From NCBI RefSeq assembly GCF_022539665.2, contig NC_081331.1, positions 496,001 to 560,000 on the forward strand: a stretch of DNA of 64,000 bases, written 5' to 3'. Below are positions 26,635 through 38,800 of the stretch, piece after piece. The notes below the pieces were generated by a model. That model did not search any database, was not told the DNA's origin, and was given only the letters and a program-made list of their open reading frames with translations. The translations under genes and the position numbers were made by a program. Every line of letters starts with the position of its first letter. Within the stretch, counting starts at the first letter, position 1. Origin of the DNA: Daphnia carinata (lineage: Eukaryota).

Positions 26635-28230
26635 TTAAAAAATCGAGCCATGTTTATGAGCCACGAAATTTTCCGTTTGTTGTCGGGAAGGAGGTAGGTA
26701 TTGGTAATTGACTGATTGACTTTGATAGCGTTGCCCAGATGCAGGTCGCTCTTTTTGAGGAATTTCGATAGGCCGATTCCGTTCCTGGATCGGGTGAGGT
26801 GTTAGTCCCGTTATTGCTGGCTGGACCGACCTAGGAGAGGATCGAATTCCGCTGTCCTTTACCATTAGATAGGGATCAACCTTCTCATTAACTGGTTGAT
26901 ATAGGACCTGAGTTTCAAAAAATGTCTGTTCATTGGTATTAATATCGACGGCCACAGAAGACGAGACGTCATCTACCAGTTGAAAAGTAGGTACAAAAAT
27001 TTTAACGTTTTTAGATGTTTGTAGGAGTGGCCAGTTTCGTTGCGGGTTTTCTCTAGGTGGTGGAAATCCCGTAACTGCAGTGAAGTGTGGCCTAGGCGAG
27101 GGTCGAATACCGTTGCCATTTACCATTCGATATGGGTTAACCTTCTCTTCAACTGGTTGCAGGATCTGAGGTTGCTCAATTGTATTTTCACCGTTTTCAC
27201 CAGTATTACGTTCGACGGCCACAGAGGGCGGAACTTCATCTACCGGTTGAAAAGTTGGAGCAAAGCTCTTAACATTTTCATCTCCTTGGTTGATTGGGCA
27301 GTTTTGTTCCAGGTGAGGTGGTGAAAATGCCGGATTTGCCGGGTGGACTGGCTTAGGGGAGGATCCAATACCGCAGTCTTCTTTCAATCGATGCTCATTT
27401 AGAGTTTGCTTTTCAGCAAAACTAGAGTTAATTTCTAATGTTCTAACATTAACCGTGTTCTCCCGAGTTAACGCGACGTCGTCGAGCATCTCTTCCAGTT
27501 GTTTAATAATTGCGTTCGAAGCCTGTAGAGCCTGGCGGAGCTCCTGCATATCCATCTTCGTTTCATTTAGCTGTTGAAACATACCATTGTTATTCATTTC
27601 TGAATAAGCAAGTCGTTGTTCCAATGCTTGAAGTCGATATGCAAAATCTTGGGATGGAGTTTCTTGTGGCGTAAATGAATTGGGTTTTCCATGTTGAAGA
27701 ACCGTGCCATTATGGCTGTCAGCTCGTGAAAAGGGATTTTGTGGCGTAACGGTTTGACTGGGTTGTATGTTAGCCCCTGGAATTTGCTGGGTGTTAACTG
27801 CACGCAGATTGTCTTCATACGCCTCTGCCTGGGGATGAAGCCGAGAACGGCGTCTGCTGCGAGAAGTTGGCATTACTTCTTTCTCATAGGTTAAAAGATG
27901 TGAATTCCTGCCAATCTCGTTTGCTGGGTTGGGTTGTATGTTAGCCCCTGGAATTTGCTGGATGTTAACTGCATGCAGATTGAGTTCATGCGTCTCTACG
28001 TGGGGATGAAGCCGAGAATGGCGTCTGCTGCGATGTGTTGGCATTACTTCATTCTCATAGGTTAAAACATATGAGTTCATGCCGATCTGGTTTGCTGGGT
28101 TTTCAAGTTTCTCATCAGTCAACTGAGCACGAGCTGAGTCTTCAGGCGGGAAACTTTTTTTGGTCTGGGGTTCTGTACGTGCTTTTGGCCACGAGGGCAA
28201 CAAGGAGAAAATCGATGTTAGAAACAACAT
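26635..28230 (-). CDS. 531-aa intronless orphan protein with internal repeats and a central coiled coil
   Basis: Uninterrupted 1.6 kb ORF from an ATG in AT-rich DNA, with a 57-aa tandem repeat, ~85-aa repeats and a heptad segment (LQALEQRL...IKQLEEML). Confidence 0.7.
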   Translation of the reverse strand: MLFLTSIFSLLPSWPKARTEPQTKKSFPPEDSARAQLTDEKLENPANQIGMNSYVLTYENEVMPTHRSRRHSRLHPHVETHELNLHAVNIQQIPGANIQPNPANEIGRNSHLLTYEKEVMPTSRSRRRSRLHPQAEAYEDNLRAVNTQQIPGANIQPSQTVTPQNPFSRADSHNGTVLQHGKPNSFTPQETPSQDFAYRLQALEQRLAYSEMNNNGMFQQLNETKMDMQELRQALQASNAIIKQLEEMLDDVALTRENTVNVRTLEINSSFAEKQTLNEHRLKEDCGIGSSPKPVHPANPAFSPPHLEQNCPINQGDENVKSFAPTFQPVDEVPPSVAVERNTGENGENTIEQPQILQPVEEKVNPYRMVNGNGIRPSPRPHFTAVTGFPPPRENPQRNWPLLQTSKNVKIFVPTFQLVDDVSSSVAVDINTNEQTFFETQVLYQPVNEKVDPYLMVKDSGIRSSPRSVQPAITGLTPHPIQERNRPIEIPQKERPASGQRYQSQSVNYQYLPPSRQQTENFVAHKHGSIF

Positions 28231-28821
28231 TTTTGAGAGTACTTCTTTTTCTTGTAGAGAACACTAAGAAAATTCAATATTTTCACCGAATATCGCTGAT
28301 GCCCTTTTACCGTTTCTCTGGTGGTGACTGGAGTAGCAGGTTCAAATAAGCAAAGTTGTTTTCATTTTACAAATTTATTTTGAATGCTGCAACGCACACT
28401 TTTGCTGCATTGGAAACTTTAATATTTTTCGCATGGCGTTCAATGGTATCCTTGAAGATAAATTAATTTCAAATTAAGCGAACGTAGATTTTTGTTAGCG
28501 TCGAGAAACAGTTTGTAATGCCAGTCTCTACTGAGTGATGACATTATCGGAATTTCTTTTAGGATTTTACCCATGTTTGATAGCTTCATTTAAGATTACA
28601 AATAATATCCGTTTAGACAATTCAAAATAAAAACTGTGGAATTTAATATTTCAACAAGTTACCTCATAAAGAGGATAACCGAGTGCATAAGTATGAGCAT
28701 AAATTGGACAATGTGGAGGTAACGAGTTGAGGTAAATTTGTAATAAAACGACTTCAGACATTGTGTTACGAGCATTTGGCAACGCTGCTTTTGGATTCTA
28801 AAAAACCTAAACGGAACAGTC

Positions 28822-29539
28822 ATGGCCGCCACAAGGAGACTACATAAGGTAATCCTCCTCGTCATTATTAAAATTTTCCGACTTCTTAAATGTTTTTAAT
28901 TTTTGTTGAAAGGAGTTGGAAGACATTAAGAAGTCTGGTTTGAAATCGTTTCGTGACATTCAAGTTGATGAACAGAACATTCTCACCTGGCATGGACTTA
29001 TCGTTCCTGTGAGTCTGATGGCTGAATATTTGACACAAAAGTATTGATTCATCACCTAGGTTACTAACCATTGACATTTTTCTGTTAGGAAAATGCTCCA
29101 TATAACAAAGGTGCATTTCGGATTGAAATTAATTTTCCTGCTGAATATCCATTCAAACCTCCTAAAATAGCATTTAAAACCAAAATCTACCATCCCAATA
29201 TCGATGAGAAAGGACAGGTAAAACTGAAAGAAATACTTAATATTATAGTCCTTGCTGATTAAGAAAAATGTTCTATTCCATTGTTTTGTTGCTAATCATT
29301 TGACTTTTTTAAATCTTCGCCATTAGGTTTGTTTGCCCATCATTAGTGCTGAAAACTGGAAACCTGCCACTAAAACAGATCAAGTGATACAAGCACTAGT
29401 TGCCTTGGTCAATGATCCAGAGCCTGAACACCCACTCAGGGCTGATCTTGCTGAAGAGTATTCCAAAGACAGAAAAAAATTCATGAAAAATGCTGAAGAG
29501 TTTACTAAAAAGAACAGTGAAAAGAGGCCAAGTGATTAA
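28822..29539 (+). CDS. UBE2L3: Ubiquitin-conjugating enzyme E2 L3 (UbcH7)
   Basis: Four exons: [14 protein letters not shown]..|..[47 protein letters not shown]... Confidence 0.96.
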
Positions 29540-29939
29540 AGTGATTAAATTATGTGTGTTCATCCTACGCTAATGAGGCAAATTAAAACTTTGAAACTGG
29601 TCCCCTTATCCTCTTCACTTCATTGTAGAGCAGTGAATGTGCGCTGCACTGTGATCTTCATTTATTTTCATTTCTTTTCTTTGCCTCAGTGGTTGAAATA
29701 TTGTCAAATGTATTGCACATGAACTGCAAAAATGAAACCAATACATTTGCAGTTGTCCTAAAAATAATTTATTCTGAAAATTCACTGTGATAAGCGGTAT
29801 CTGTATTCTGCTTTTTCAAACGTTTTTTTTTTTTAACTGTTTTTTCGCTCGCACATGATACAAGAAATTATTTGCATACAAAAATTAAATTATTTCGTAA
29901 GTGTTTAGGGATGTAGTGGATGGTACATGTTGCAATATT

Positions 29940-32588
29940 TTATTCAGCAATTGCCATTTCTTTCATTTCTCGGATCAACCTCTCATTGTGCTCTTTGTAA
30001 TTAACCTCCTTGACTTCGTAGACGTTTGTTTTTAGACGATTTTCGTCCTTTGGAAAAAAAAAAACGCTTACGGTTAATAGGATGAAAACGGAATTATCAA
30101 TATTTGGAGCCTTACATTGTACATCTCCATCTTAACTCTCAGCCGGAAAATATACCACTTGAAAGTGGCTTCTTCGAAAATCTTCTGGAACTCGGCGTTA
30201 TCTGTATCCTTCAATCTGCCAATTTCATCTGCCGATCTCCCTACAGTTCAGAATGAAACTGACATTTATGTCAAACAATTTAATTGACAAAAAATTACCA
30301 AGCAGAGTTTCGGCAGTTTCTTGAAAACAAGTTACCCATTGTTGTTCTGTGGCATCGGCAATGTTGACCTAGCGTCAATGAATAAAACATTTACGATGGC
30401 TAATTTATTAACCTATTAGCTTATTATACCGAAAGCATCATACGCCACTTAAAGTCCTGAAATTCACGTTGACATTTTTCGCATCGGTAGAGACCATTGT
30501 TCTGATCGATGACCTATCGTAAAAGACTAGTTTTATGCAAAGCAGCCAAGTAATTTACAATAATTCATTTTTTCCCCATATTTTTACCTTTTTGTTGCAG
30601 TCTTCTGAAGGGCAAGCCATGTACAACGCTCGCTCTTTGTTAATCATAGCCACCATTGCTTTCACATTGTAGTAGTCTGGTTTTTCACCTCCACCAAGGT
30701 TTTCGAATTTGGCTTCAGCGAAAGTTTTGTATGACCCGCTACCACCAGTGCCCGAGCCGCGAGCCGACGATATGCTTGAAATTACCGATGATGACCCACC
30801 ATTGTCGTACCAGCCACGTAGTTTGTGAGCTTCCGCCATGTCAGGATTGATCTTATTACAATATTGATTCGTAAGATTAGTGGCACAACTACACATTTCA
30901 TATTAGATGTATACCTGCATGACAGTCGACGATATTGTTCCTATTGAACGACCTCCAAAATCAGAGAGCTTCACGCCTTTCAATGCAACAACGGGTTGAG
31001 AACTTGCATCAAATTCCTCTCCGGTTTTACCCCACAAGGTCAAATTGACCTGATTTAATTATTCCATAAAAAATACATTATTGGCTTTACATGAAATTAT
31101 CGGCTAGATCCAAGTGTAATACCTCAGTGTTGGAGCTGTCCACCAATTGTACTTCTCGCATCCTCAATTCTTTACTTGTCGTCTTTGAAACAATAACGCG
31201 CACATCATTTGCCGATTTTACAACTCCAATTATATCTGTGAATACAATAAATACAAAACCATACTACAAATTTTACTGTTGCAGATCGGCTTACCAATGA
31301 TACTATCCTTTTCCAAATTAATCAGTTGATTGATAGGGACGAAGTTGAACGTGATAGATGGGATGTTTGACGTATCGTCATGACAAGGGACCACCTGCAA
31401 ATTTGATTATTCAGATATTGATGAAGCAGTTAAAGCCAATATTTTTTTTGTTTCTCACTGTGGTATTTTGACTAAACGTCATTTCGTAGTCGTTCTTGAT
31501 ACTTGTGTACTGCTTGTTCGCGGCCTTTAATTGTGCTTGTGAAATGTAGTAGACTTTGTCGATCTATACGACAAAAACGAAATGAGAAAGTAATAGGAGA
31601 TTTTTAAAACAGAGATGTATTTTAGCTACCTCAATAATGTGATAGAATTTATCACATTCGGCATTAAATGCGGTGGCACGGATTTCTCCAGTCTCGTCCA
31701 TCATGTCCATTGAAAAAAGTTTGCCTTCACCTCTAGAATTGCTCCACGTACGGATATCCGACTTGTTTGTTACCCTTACTTTAATGGTCCATCTGTTTTA
31801 CATGAAAATTTCTATTTAGTGGTTTCCCAATTATTACAATTTTAATATTTACTTGTTTTGGTATGGTGTTAGGCTCACAATTGGATGGGTTATAATATCT
31901 GGCTTTGCAGCTTGCTGACCATATCCACCAGTTTTGCTGGCTGGAGCAGGCTTTGAATAATTCATGCTACCTGCTGGTTTAGAGTTCACAGTTGCATCTT
32001 CTGACACTTCTCCAACATCATTCAAGGTCTGGGGATTCCCGATTTTCTCTCCTACCTTAAAAAATAACAACATTAAAAAACTTCCTTAAGAGCACGACTG
32101 TACAAAAGTGTCATACTTCACTCCCAGGCGCAATTGGCTCAACATCAAGAAGGATGATAATTTTTTTTTGATCTTTGCCTGCAGTTGCCTTTGTAGCAAC
32201 TTTATTCACAACAAACTTTGTTACTTTAATAATTGTAAAGATTTCAAGTTTGCCCTCTGTAATTAGATGATTTAGTTGGGTGGCCAACATTCCATATGCA
32301 TAGGAATATTTTCCATCAGAGATGAGAATTCTGTAACGGTCATTACTTTCTCCTTGAAGATTTTTATAACCCTATTGGAACAAAAATACTGAGATTTGGT
32401 TTAAGATTTAGTTTTTTTTCAATCTACCAAAACTTGTAGAACCGGAGTTTCACCGTACAGTCCATTTCCAATTATGGCCTGTAAAAGACAATACAAGAAA
32501 CGTATTTTTGCTGAAAAATGCGACGTAATAACAAAAAACTTACTGGAATTGCTCCACTGGTGAGTTTCGGTTGATTCCTTCTGTTCAT
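29940..32588 (-). CDS. RPA1: Replication protein A 70 kDa subunit
   Basis: [52 protein letters not shown] and the zinc finger [19 protein letters not shown]. Confidence 0.95.
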
Positions 32589-32688
32589 ACTTTCTTCAAA
32601 ACTTACAGAATTATCTTAGATAGATATTTCGTTCTAAAACGTGCGAGTGTTTGATATTCGCTTGGTTCCGTCTGTACGACATCCAGAA

Positions 32689-32698
32689 GGCGGGAAAA
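32689..32698 (-). promoter_or_regulatory. E2F consensus site in the RPA1/ANKMY2 bidirectional promoter
   Basis: TTTTCCCGCC on the minus strand, ~100 nt upstream of the RPA1 ATG. Confidence 0.55.
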
Positions 32699-33011
32699 TA
32701 ACAATACAAACTTCACGCTGAAGCACGATATGAAATCACAAAACTGAGTCGCAGTGAAAAAGCTAAAAAATAAATTAAAATTGCTCGCTAAAAATTTATG
32801 TGATGAGTATAGTTTAGTTTTAGTTGAAGGATAAAAGTAAAACATTTTTCAACTAGACAATTTCTTCGGCATTGCTGCGTTATTTATAAAATAATAGGTT
32901 GCTAGGCAACCATTTGCAGACGCAAAGACTAGCTGAATGTTCATATGTTTACCTTACAATTGCGAATCTAATTGCCTCTGAAAAAGATTTGTGCAAATTT
33001 TGTAAAAAAAA

Positions 33012-34371
33012 ATGGTTTCTGAGAATATTAATAAAGCTATCGAAAAGATAAACAACAATGATTCTACGGGTCTTCAAGAACTCATTAAATCTCAGGAAGT
33101 TGGCATTGATAGTGAAGATGAACATGGAATGACATTGCTACAACATGCCGCCTTTAAAGGAAAAAAAGATATGTGCCAGCTACTTCTCGATCTGGTAGGT
33201 GATTTGGTAGCTAAAGGTATATCGGCTGGTTATTCTAATGTTTTTCTTTCCTGTAAGGGAGCTGATCCTAATGGAGGCCATCATGAACATCAATATTCTA
33301 CCCTTCACTTTGCTGCTTTGTCTGGCAATCTAGATATTTGTCAACAGTTGCTTCAGTATGGCTCCAAGCCTGACACAATTAACTCAGTAGGCAGGACTGC
33401 AGCTCAAATGGCTGCATTTGTAGGTAATCTAATTAATTAAACACACTTGTGAAACAATGCAGAACTAAATCCAAAGATTATCACAGGAAACCACACAGTT
33501 GTGTCCATTATCAACAACTTCATTCCCCGTTCAGATATAGAGCTCTATACTGCAACAGTCACTGACCAAAATGAATCAAAGTTACCACCAGCTGCTGCAC
33601 CAGCTTTGCACAAATTTGTCATGCAGGTTGTGCGCTTGAATAGACACATCATGTCATTTCTTGTTTTACCACGAAAAGACACCTAACTTAGCTTTTTGTT
33701 GGTTTTGTTTTTAGGTTAATCTGCATCCTGTTCATCTTTTGTTGACCATTCAAAAACTTCCTATGCTTTACGAAAATCTTTCAAAAGTAAAAAACGCACT
33801 AGAGTTGCTTAGCGAGAATCAAATGAAACGCGGTCGAGAAGCAAATGAAATACTCTCACTTAAATACCATTACTTGCGTTTCCTAGTTGAAAGGATTGCA
33901 AAAGAGCAACAGCAGCACCCTGAGAAATCTGTTGTAGATTTGATTAATCAGTACATTAAAGCTTTCCTAAAGCAACGTCCGTCGGATGGATTCCCTGAAT
34001 TTTTGGATAATTTCATCAGAGAATCTATCCGCACGTTCCCTTTTAAAGAAACAACCATATTTCGCCAGTTGCTTGTCAACCTCTCAAAAACAAAGCAAGA
34101 TTCCCCACTGGCCCTCAACCTTCTAACGTCGTGTATCAACGGTCAGCGTGGATTTCAAGATGACGACTCGTGTGCGACTTGTGGCCAAGAAAAGGTGCCC
34201 AGCAAATGTTCCATTTGCAAGTCTGTACAGTACTGCAACCGGGATTGTCAGAAGATACACTGGTTCATCCACAAAAAGGAATGTGATAAGTTAGCTAAAC
34301 AATTTAAAAATCTGGAAATCAAATCTCAAGATTCTGAGAATAAAACTATAGATCAAGAAGCGAGCAAGTAA
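33012..34371 (+). CDS. ANKMY2: Ankyrin repeat and MYND domain-containing protein 2
   Basis: Ankyrin repeats ([33 protein letters not shown]), IRTFPF and MYND finger [30 protein letters not shown]. Confidence 0.93.
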
Positions 34372-35087
34372 AAAGCTCATCTCGTGCTGTTGTGCATGAT
34401 CAAGAAATATCCGTAAGTCTGTTTTAAGTGTATTCTTATTATTATGATTGTCCGCATGTTTCTGCACCGAATTTTAATTCCCTCTTTTTCATCCACCGAT
34501 TAACACATAAAGTTGGTTACGGTCCAGTCATATACAGTAGGCGACATCCTAACCCAGTTGTTTTTATCTGTGTGGAATACTTCTTTGGGCTGTACAACCA
34601 ATTATGAGAACATGCATCCTTTTGGAAATACAGTACTTGTCATATTACACTTTTCTATGTTTATCTATTTTTCAAGATTACACAAAAAATCTGCCTCTTT
34701 TTTGCTTTACTGCTATTGCCATCTACCGGTAAGATTTCCAGTAAATTCTCTGAAGACAACTTTACATATCAAGCTATAGAAAAATAAAATCTTTTAAATT
34801 ATTAACTTTACTTAACTAACATATACTGTAAATAAACCTTATTTTCTTTGTTCTATTCTATTTTTTCTATTCTATTTACCTAACTTAATTATTATTGCTA
34901 TTAACTATTGCATAAGTCCATTTCATACTGCAGCAATGGGAATGAAAATAAAAATTCTTATAATAATAAGAATAATTGCGTGCTTAAGATATAAATAATG
35001 CATTTGAATAAAAACTCGTTACTGGTGGTTGCGTTGTATTATATTATATTATGTTATTCTGATAGGTGTCAGTTTATGCATAAAAAA

Positions 35088-35803
35088 ATTTTAATCCCGA
35101 CTAAATAAGCCCAACTTTTGTTATTTTTTCGTTTTTTGCGTTTAATTAAAAAACGATAAGGCCAATAGAAAAATAAATTTGATTTCCGTGATAAGTATTC
35201 AAATTAACTCAACCATTTTGGAACCATACCGAATATTTCTACAGCATCGCGCTAGCGCTGTAGCGTACTGGCGCGCTAGCAATGCGTTAAATATTCGGTG
35301 TATTTCAAAAACGATTAACTTGATGAAAAAAATAGCAATTTTTTCGGAATTAGCATCCAATTTTGAGTATATCCTGTGATATTCAACCAATTACAATGAG
35401 TTTCAGTTTTTGCAGAGAAAAAATTTAAGCCCGACGAAATAAGCCCGACTTTTCTTATTTTTTCGTTTTTTTACGTTTAATTAAAAAACCATAAGGCCAG
35501 TTGAAAAATAAATTTGATTTTCGTGATAAGCGTTCAATTTTGAATGGAAATCACGTATTTTAAGCGAAATTTAAAATTTAGCCAAAAATGAAAAAGTGCA
35601 AAGGCTATAGCCTTACCACTTTTGTCAAAATCGGCCAAAAATGACATCTCTTGGAATCCGATGAAAATCACACAGTATAATCAAAATTTAACGCTGATTC
35701 AGAAAAAGTCATTCGTTTTCTTGTCAAGTTAGCCGTTTTTGAATTACACCGAATTTTGGTGCAAAAATAAGAAAAGTCGGGCTTATTTAGTCGGGCTTAA
35801 AAA
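35088..35803. mobile_element. MITE-like member of the dispersed repeat family with ~40 nt terminal inverted repeats
   Basis: 35089-35128 matches the reverse complement of 35763-35802 at 37/40 positions. Internal modules are shared with 23.9-26.0 kb. Confidence 0.65.
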
Positions 35804-38800
35804 TTATTATTTAGCGCGATACAGCAGCATAAATATTCGGCTTATGCACCATGAAAATCTCCAATAAAGAAAAAAACATTCCAAAATAGTTCGATTAGCT
35901 ACCGTCGACTGTACGTACGTGACCAAAATTTGTGAAATGATCTTAGTATATATTTAATGTTCTTTCAATAAGCGAAGAAATATCCTTATCGGATGTAGAA
36001 ATATCTTATTGGATGTACGCGAATCAAAGTTCCCTGCTTAATGAACACTAAGAACGGAGTTAGGAATATGCTTAACGGAAGCGCGTAATTGGTCCAGGAG
36101 AAAACCTGCATTCGTGTGCCACTTCTTTTCGATAAGCATCAATGACTCTGTTCTAGAGATCATTTACCTTATGTTAAACATACGATGATGAGCTAAATAG
36201 TATGTTATGATGACCATCACTAGTGGAACTTTTCATACCGTAAAGCCAGAAATCATTCCAACCTGCACGTTTAGAGAGACATGGGACATTATGGCATAGC
36301 TAACGAAGGTATACAACCGTACAACATTCCACAGTAGTTATATTGACAAGGAAATGAACTAAAATCTAATAAAACTTTCTTCGATGTCTATCGCATGGTG
36401 TGACCAAGATGACCCGTTTCGATAGCACAATCCATAAAGACAACGTATTGCTGGCCTTCATTATAAAGATCATTAGGCCCGTGAGGTATAAAAACTATAG
36501 CAGTGCGTACAGGTTTCGGATCGATATCGCTTCCGACAGCCTAAAATAGTGACAATGAGCTTTCGTTGACCTTCTTCCATCCGTTGTCTTTAAGGGGGAC
36601 TATGGGAAAGTGGTACTGGTGCCGTTAAAGGTTATCTCAGTCTGGATCTCTCGGTCAAAATGATGAAGAAACGGCGACATACACGCAGGTCTTCATACTC
36701 GGAAGCCGGACTTGAAGGAGCAAAAGATACAGCCGGAAAACAAAATGAGCGGGCCCGAATGGGGTGAAAGAGACTTATCCGCACGACTTGATTTGTCAAA
36801 CAAAGAAGGGTGTCTCTTCTCTCTCGTTTCTCTTTAACTGCGGGCTGGACACAAGAGAGCGACAAGAGTCTAGTCGGCGCCAAACTCATTAAGCCATTGC
36901 CACCTTATTGGGGGTCTATCAGGGCCTACCCCCCCATTAAGGGGCCCCTCTGCTGGGGTGCCGAGCAAGAGATGAACATGCTGGGCATTCAGCTAGACGG
37001 GGGAGGGGTCGGCGCGGTTGGGGGGCAGGCAGACAAAAGCCCTTCTTCTTCATGCTGGATGGACTGCTGCTTCTTGTGTGTGTGTGTGTGTACAGAGTGC
37101 GAGTCTTGTTTTAAAAGACGAAGGGCCTAACCCTAATATTTGCCTAGTAGACATAGGGATGAGAGGCCATGCACGGGGCACCCGCGGAGTCGCCGGAGCC
37201 AACGCGGGGGAGGGCGGCCGCGACCCTTTATGCGTTTTTTGTGTTTTTCTCGGAGAGATAGATATTTCAGCTTTTTTCTAACCCCTCTTTTTTGGGGGGG
37301 GGGGGGTGTGTTTTTTTCTTTCTTGACTAGGGTTTCTCTTTGTTTCAAGAGAAAACCATCAACTCAAACACACATATAAGACACGTACACTCGAGAGAAA
37401 GGCGAACTGTGAAAATCCACAAAACTCCTAGTCTAATCAGTCAAAGTGCAGAACCGCCCCCTGAAGCTGCCGCCATGGAAACATCATCCGGCGGATGACT
37501 GACGATGCCACCATTGCTTAAAGCGCTCGTAGATTTTTAATACAGTGAACAATAACAAGAATTTTTTTGCCATAGCCCGTCTATAATAACAAGACAACGT
37601 AACATGTTCCACACATAATGCCCATTCTCACTGGATGGCCGTTTCTTTTGCGTTGACAATGGACTGTGTCGCTCTAACGATGATGGATGAGACATCAAAC
37701 AAACGACAGCAGGCGACACATACCGCTGTGAGATTCGAATTTCTGCGGCTGTCCAAGTCTCTCTCATTATTATATCACCGCGTTAGAATGGCTTGTCATT
37801 TTCACGTTACCGTCATTGAATTGCGGTTTTTATTTCAACCCATCAGGTAACTGAGGAAGCGCCCTGCGAACATTATTCCAAGTTGATCATTATTTTTTTT
37901 AAATTCTGTTAGTTCAGCTGTGGATGCTACTGGTGGTTGGACTTTTGTCACCAAAAAAACGGAAAACCGCTGCTGTCCAGCTCGCGGTCGAAATGAAACC
38001 GAGTGCGGAAGAGGCGACACCAAAAAGACCCTTAGAAGAATTCCACCTCGTTGTGCCATTCCGGCGCCGAGATGGCGCCCCCCGCTTTTGCGCGCCGCGC
38101 GCGGGTGCAATTGAGCGCGGACGGGCGCCTATGTCGGCGCGTCTTCCTTTAAAAAAAAAAAAAAATATTTCTGGTTGTGTGTCAACCTTCCCCGTTCTTA
38201 TCGAAATTTGTGCTCACAAGTCCTCCCACAACACAGACCTCTTTAAGTCAATATGATTGGCTCCGCTATGTAAACTGGGGAATCTGACACTTTTTTTTTT
38301 TGACTGTCTGACACACAAAAAAACATGAGAGACGATGAAAATGGATGGTAGAACCTTAACCCTCCAGTTAGACCCTTTTTTTTTTTTGTGTTGTTTTTTT
38401 TTTTTTTTTTTTGCCTTCGTCTACTATGTCTATACAACGACCCCCCGTTGGTTTTTCACTTTAAAACCTATTCCTACTGGGGGCTTTTTCTCTCTGTCTT
38501 TAACTACCTTATATTCTCCATTTCTATGGTGGATATAACACACACACAACTGACAAGTCGCCACTTTTCCTGGCGACAACACGGATTGTTTTCTTGGGGC
38601 CCTTTTTTTTTCAGGCGTGCGTCTGACCCCCCCCCCCCCCTCTTGTATAGTCCGAACCTCTTCTTGTACCTTTAAAAAAGGTGAACATACGTAAGGTACA
38701 AGGCAGTTTTCTCTTTTTATTTAAATGTTTTTCTTCTAGTCAAGGTGCTGTGGCTATACGTTAAGGGGTTAGACTCAATACAGAGACATCTTCATTAGAA

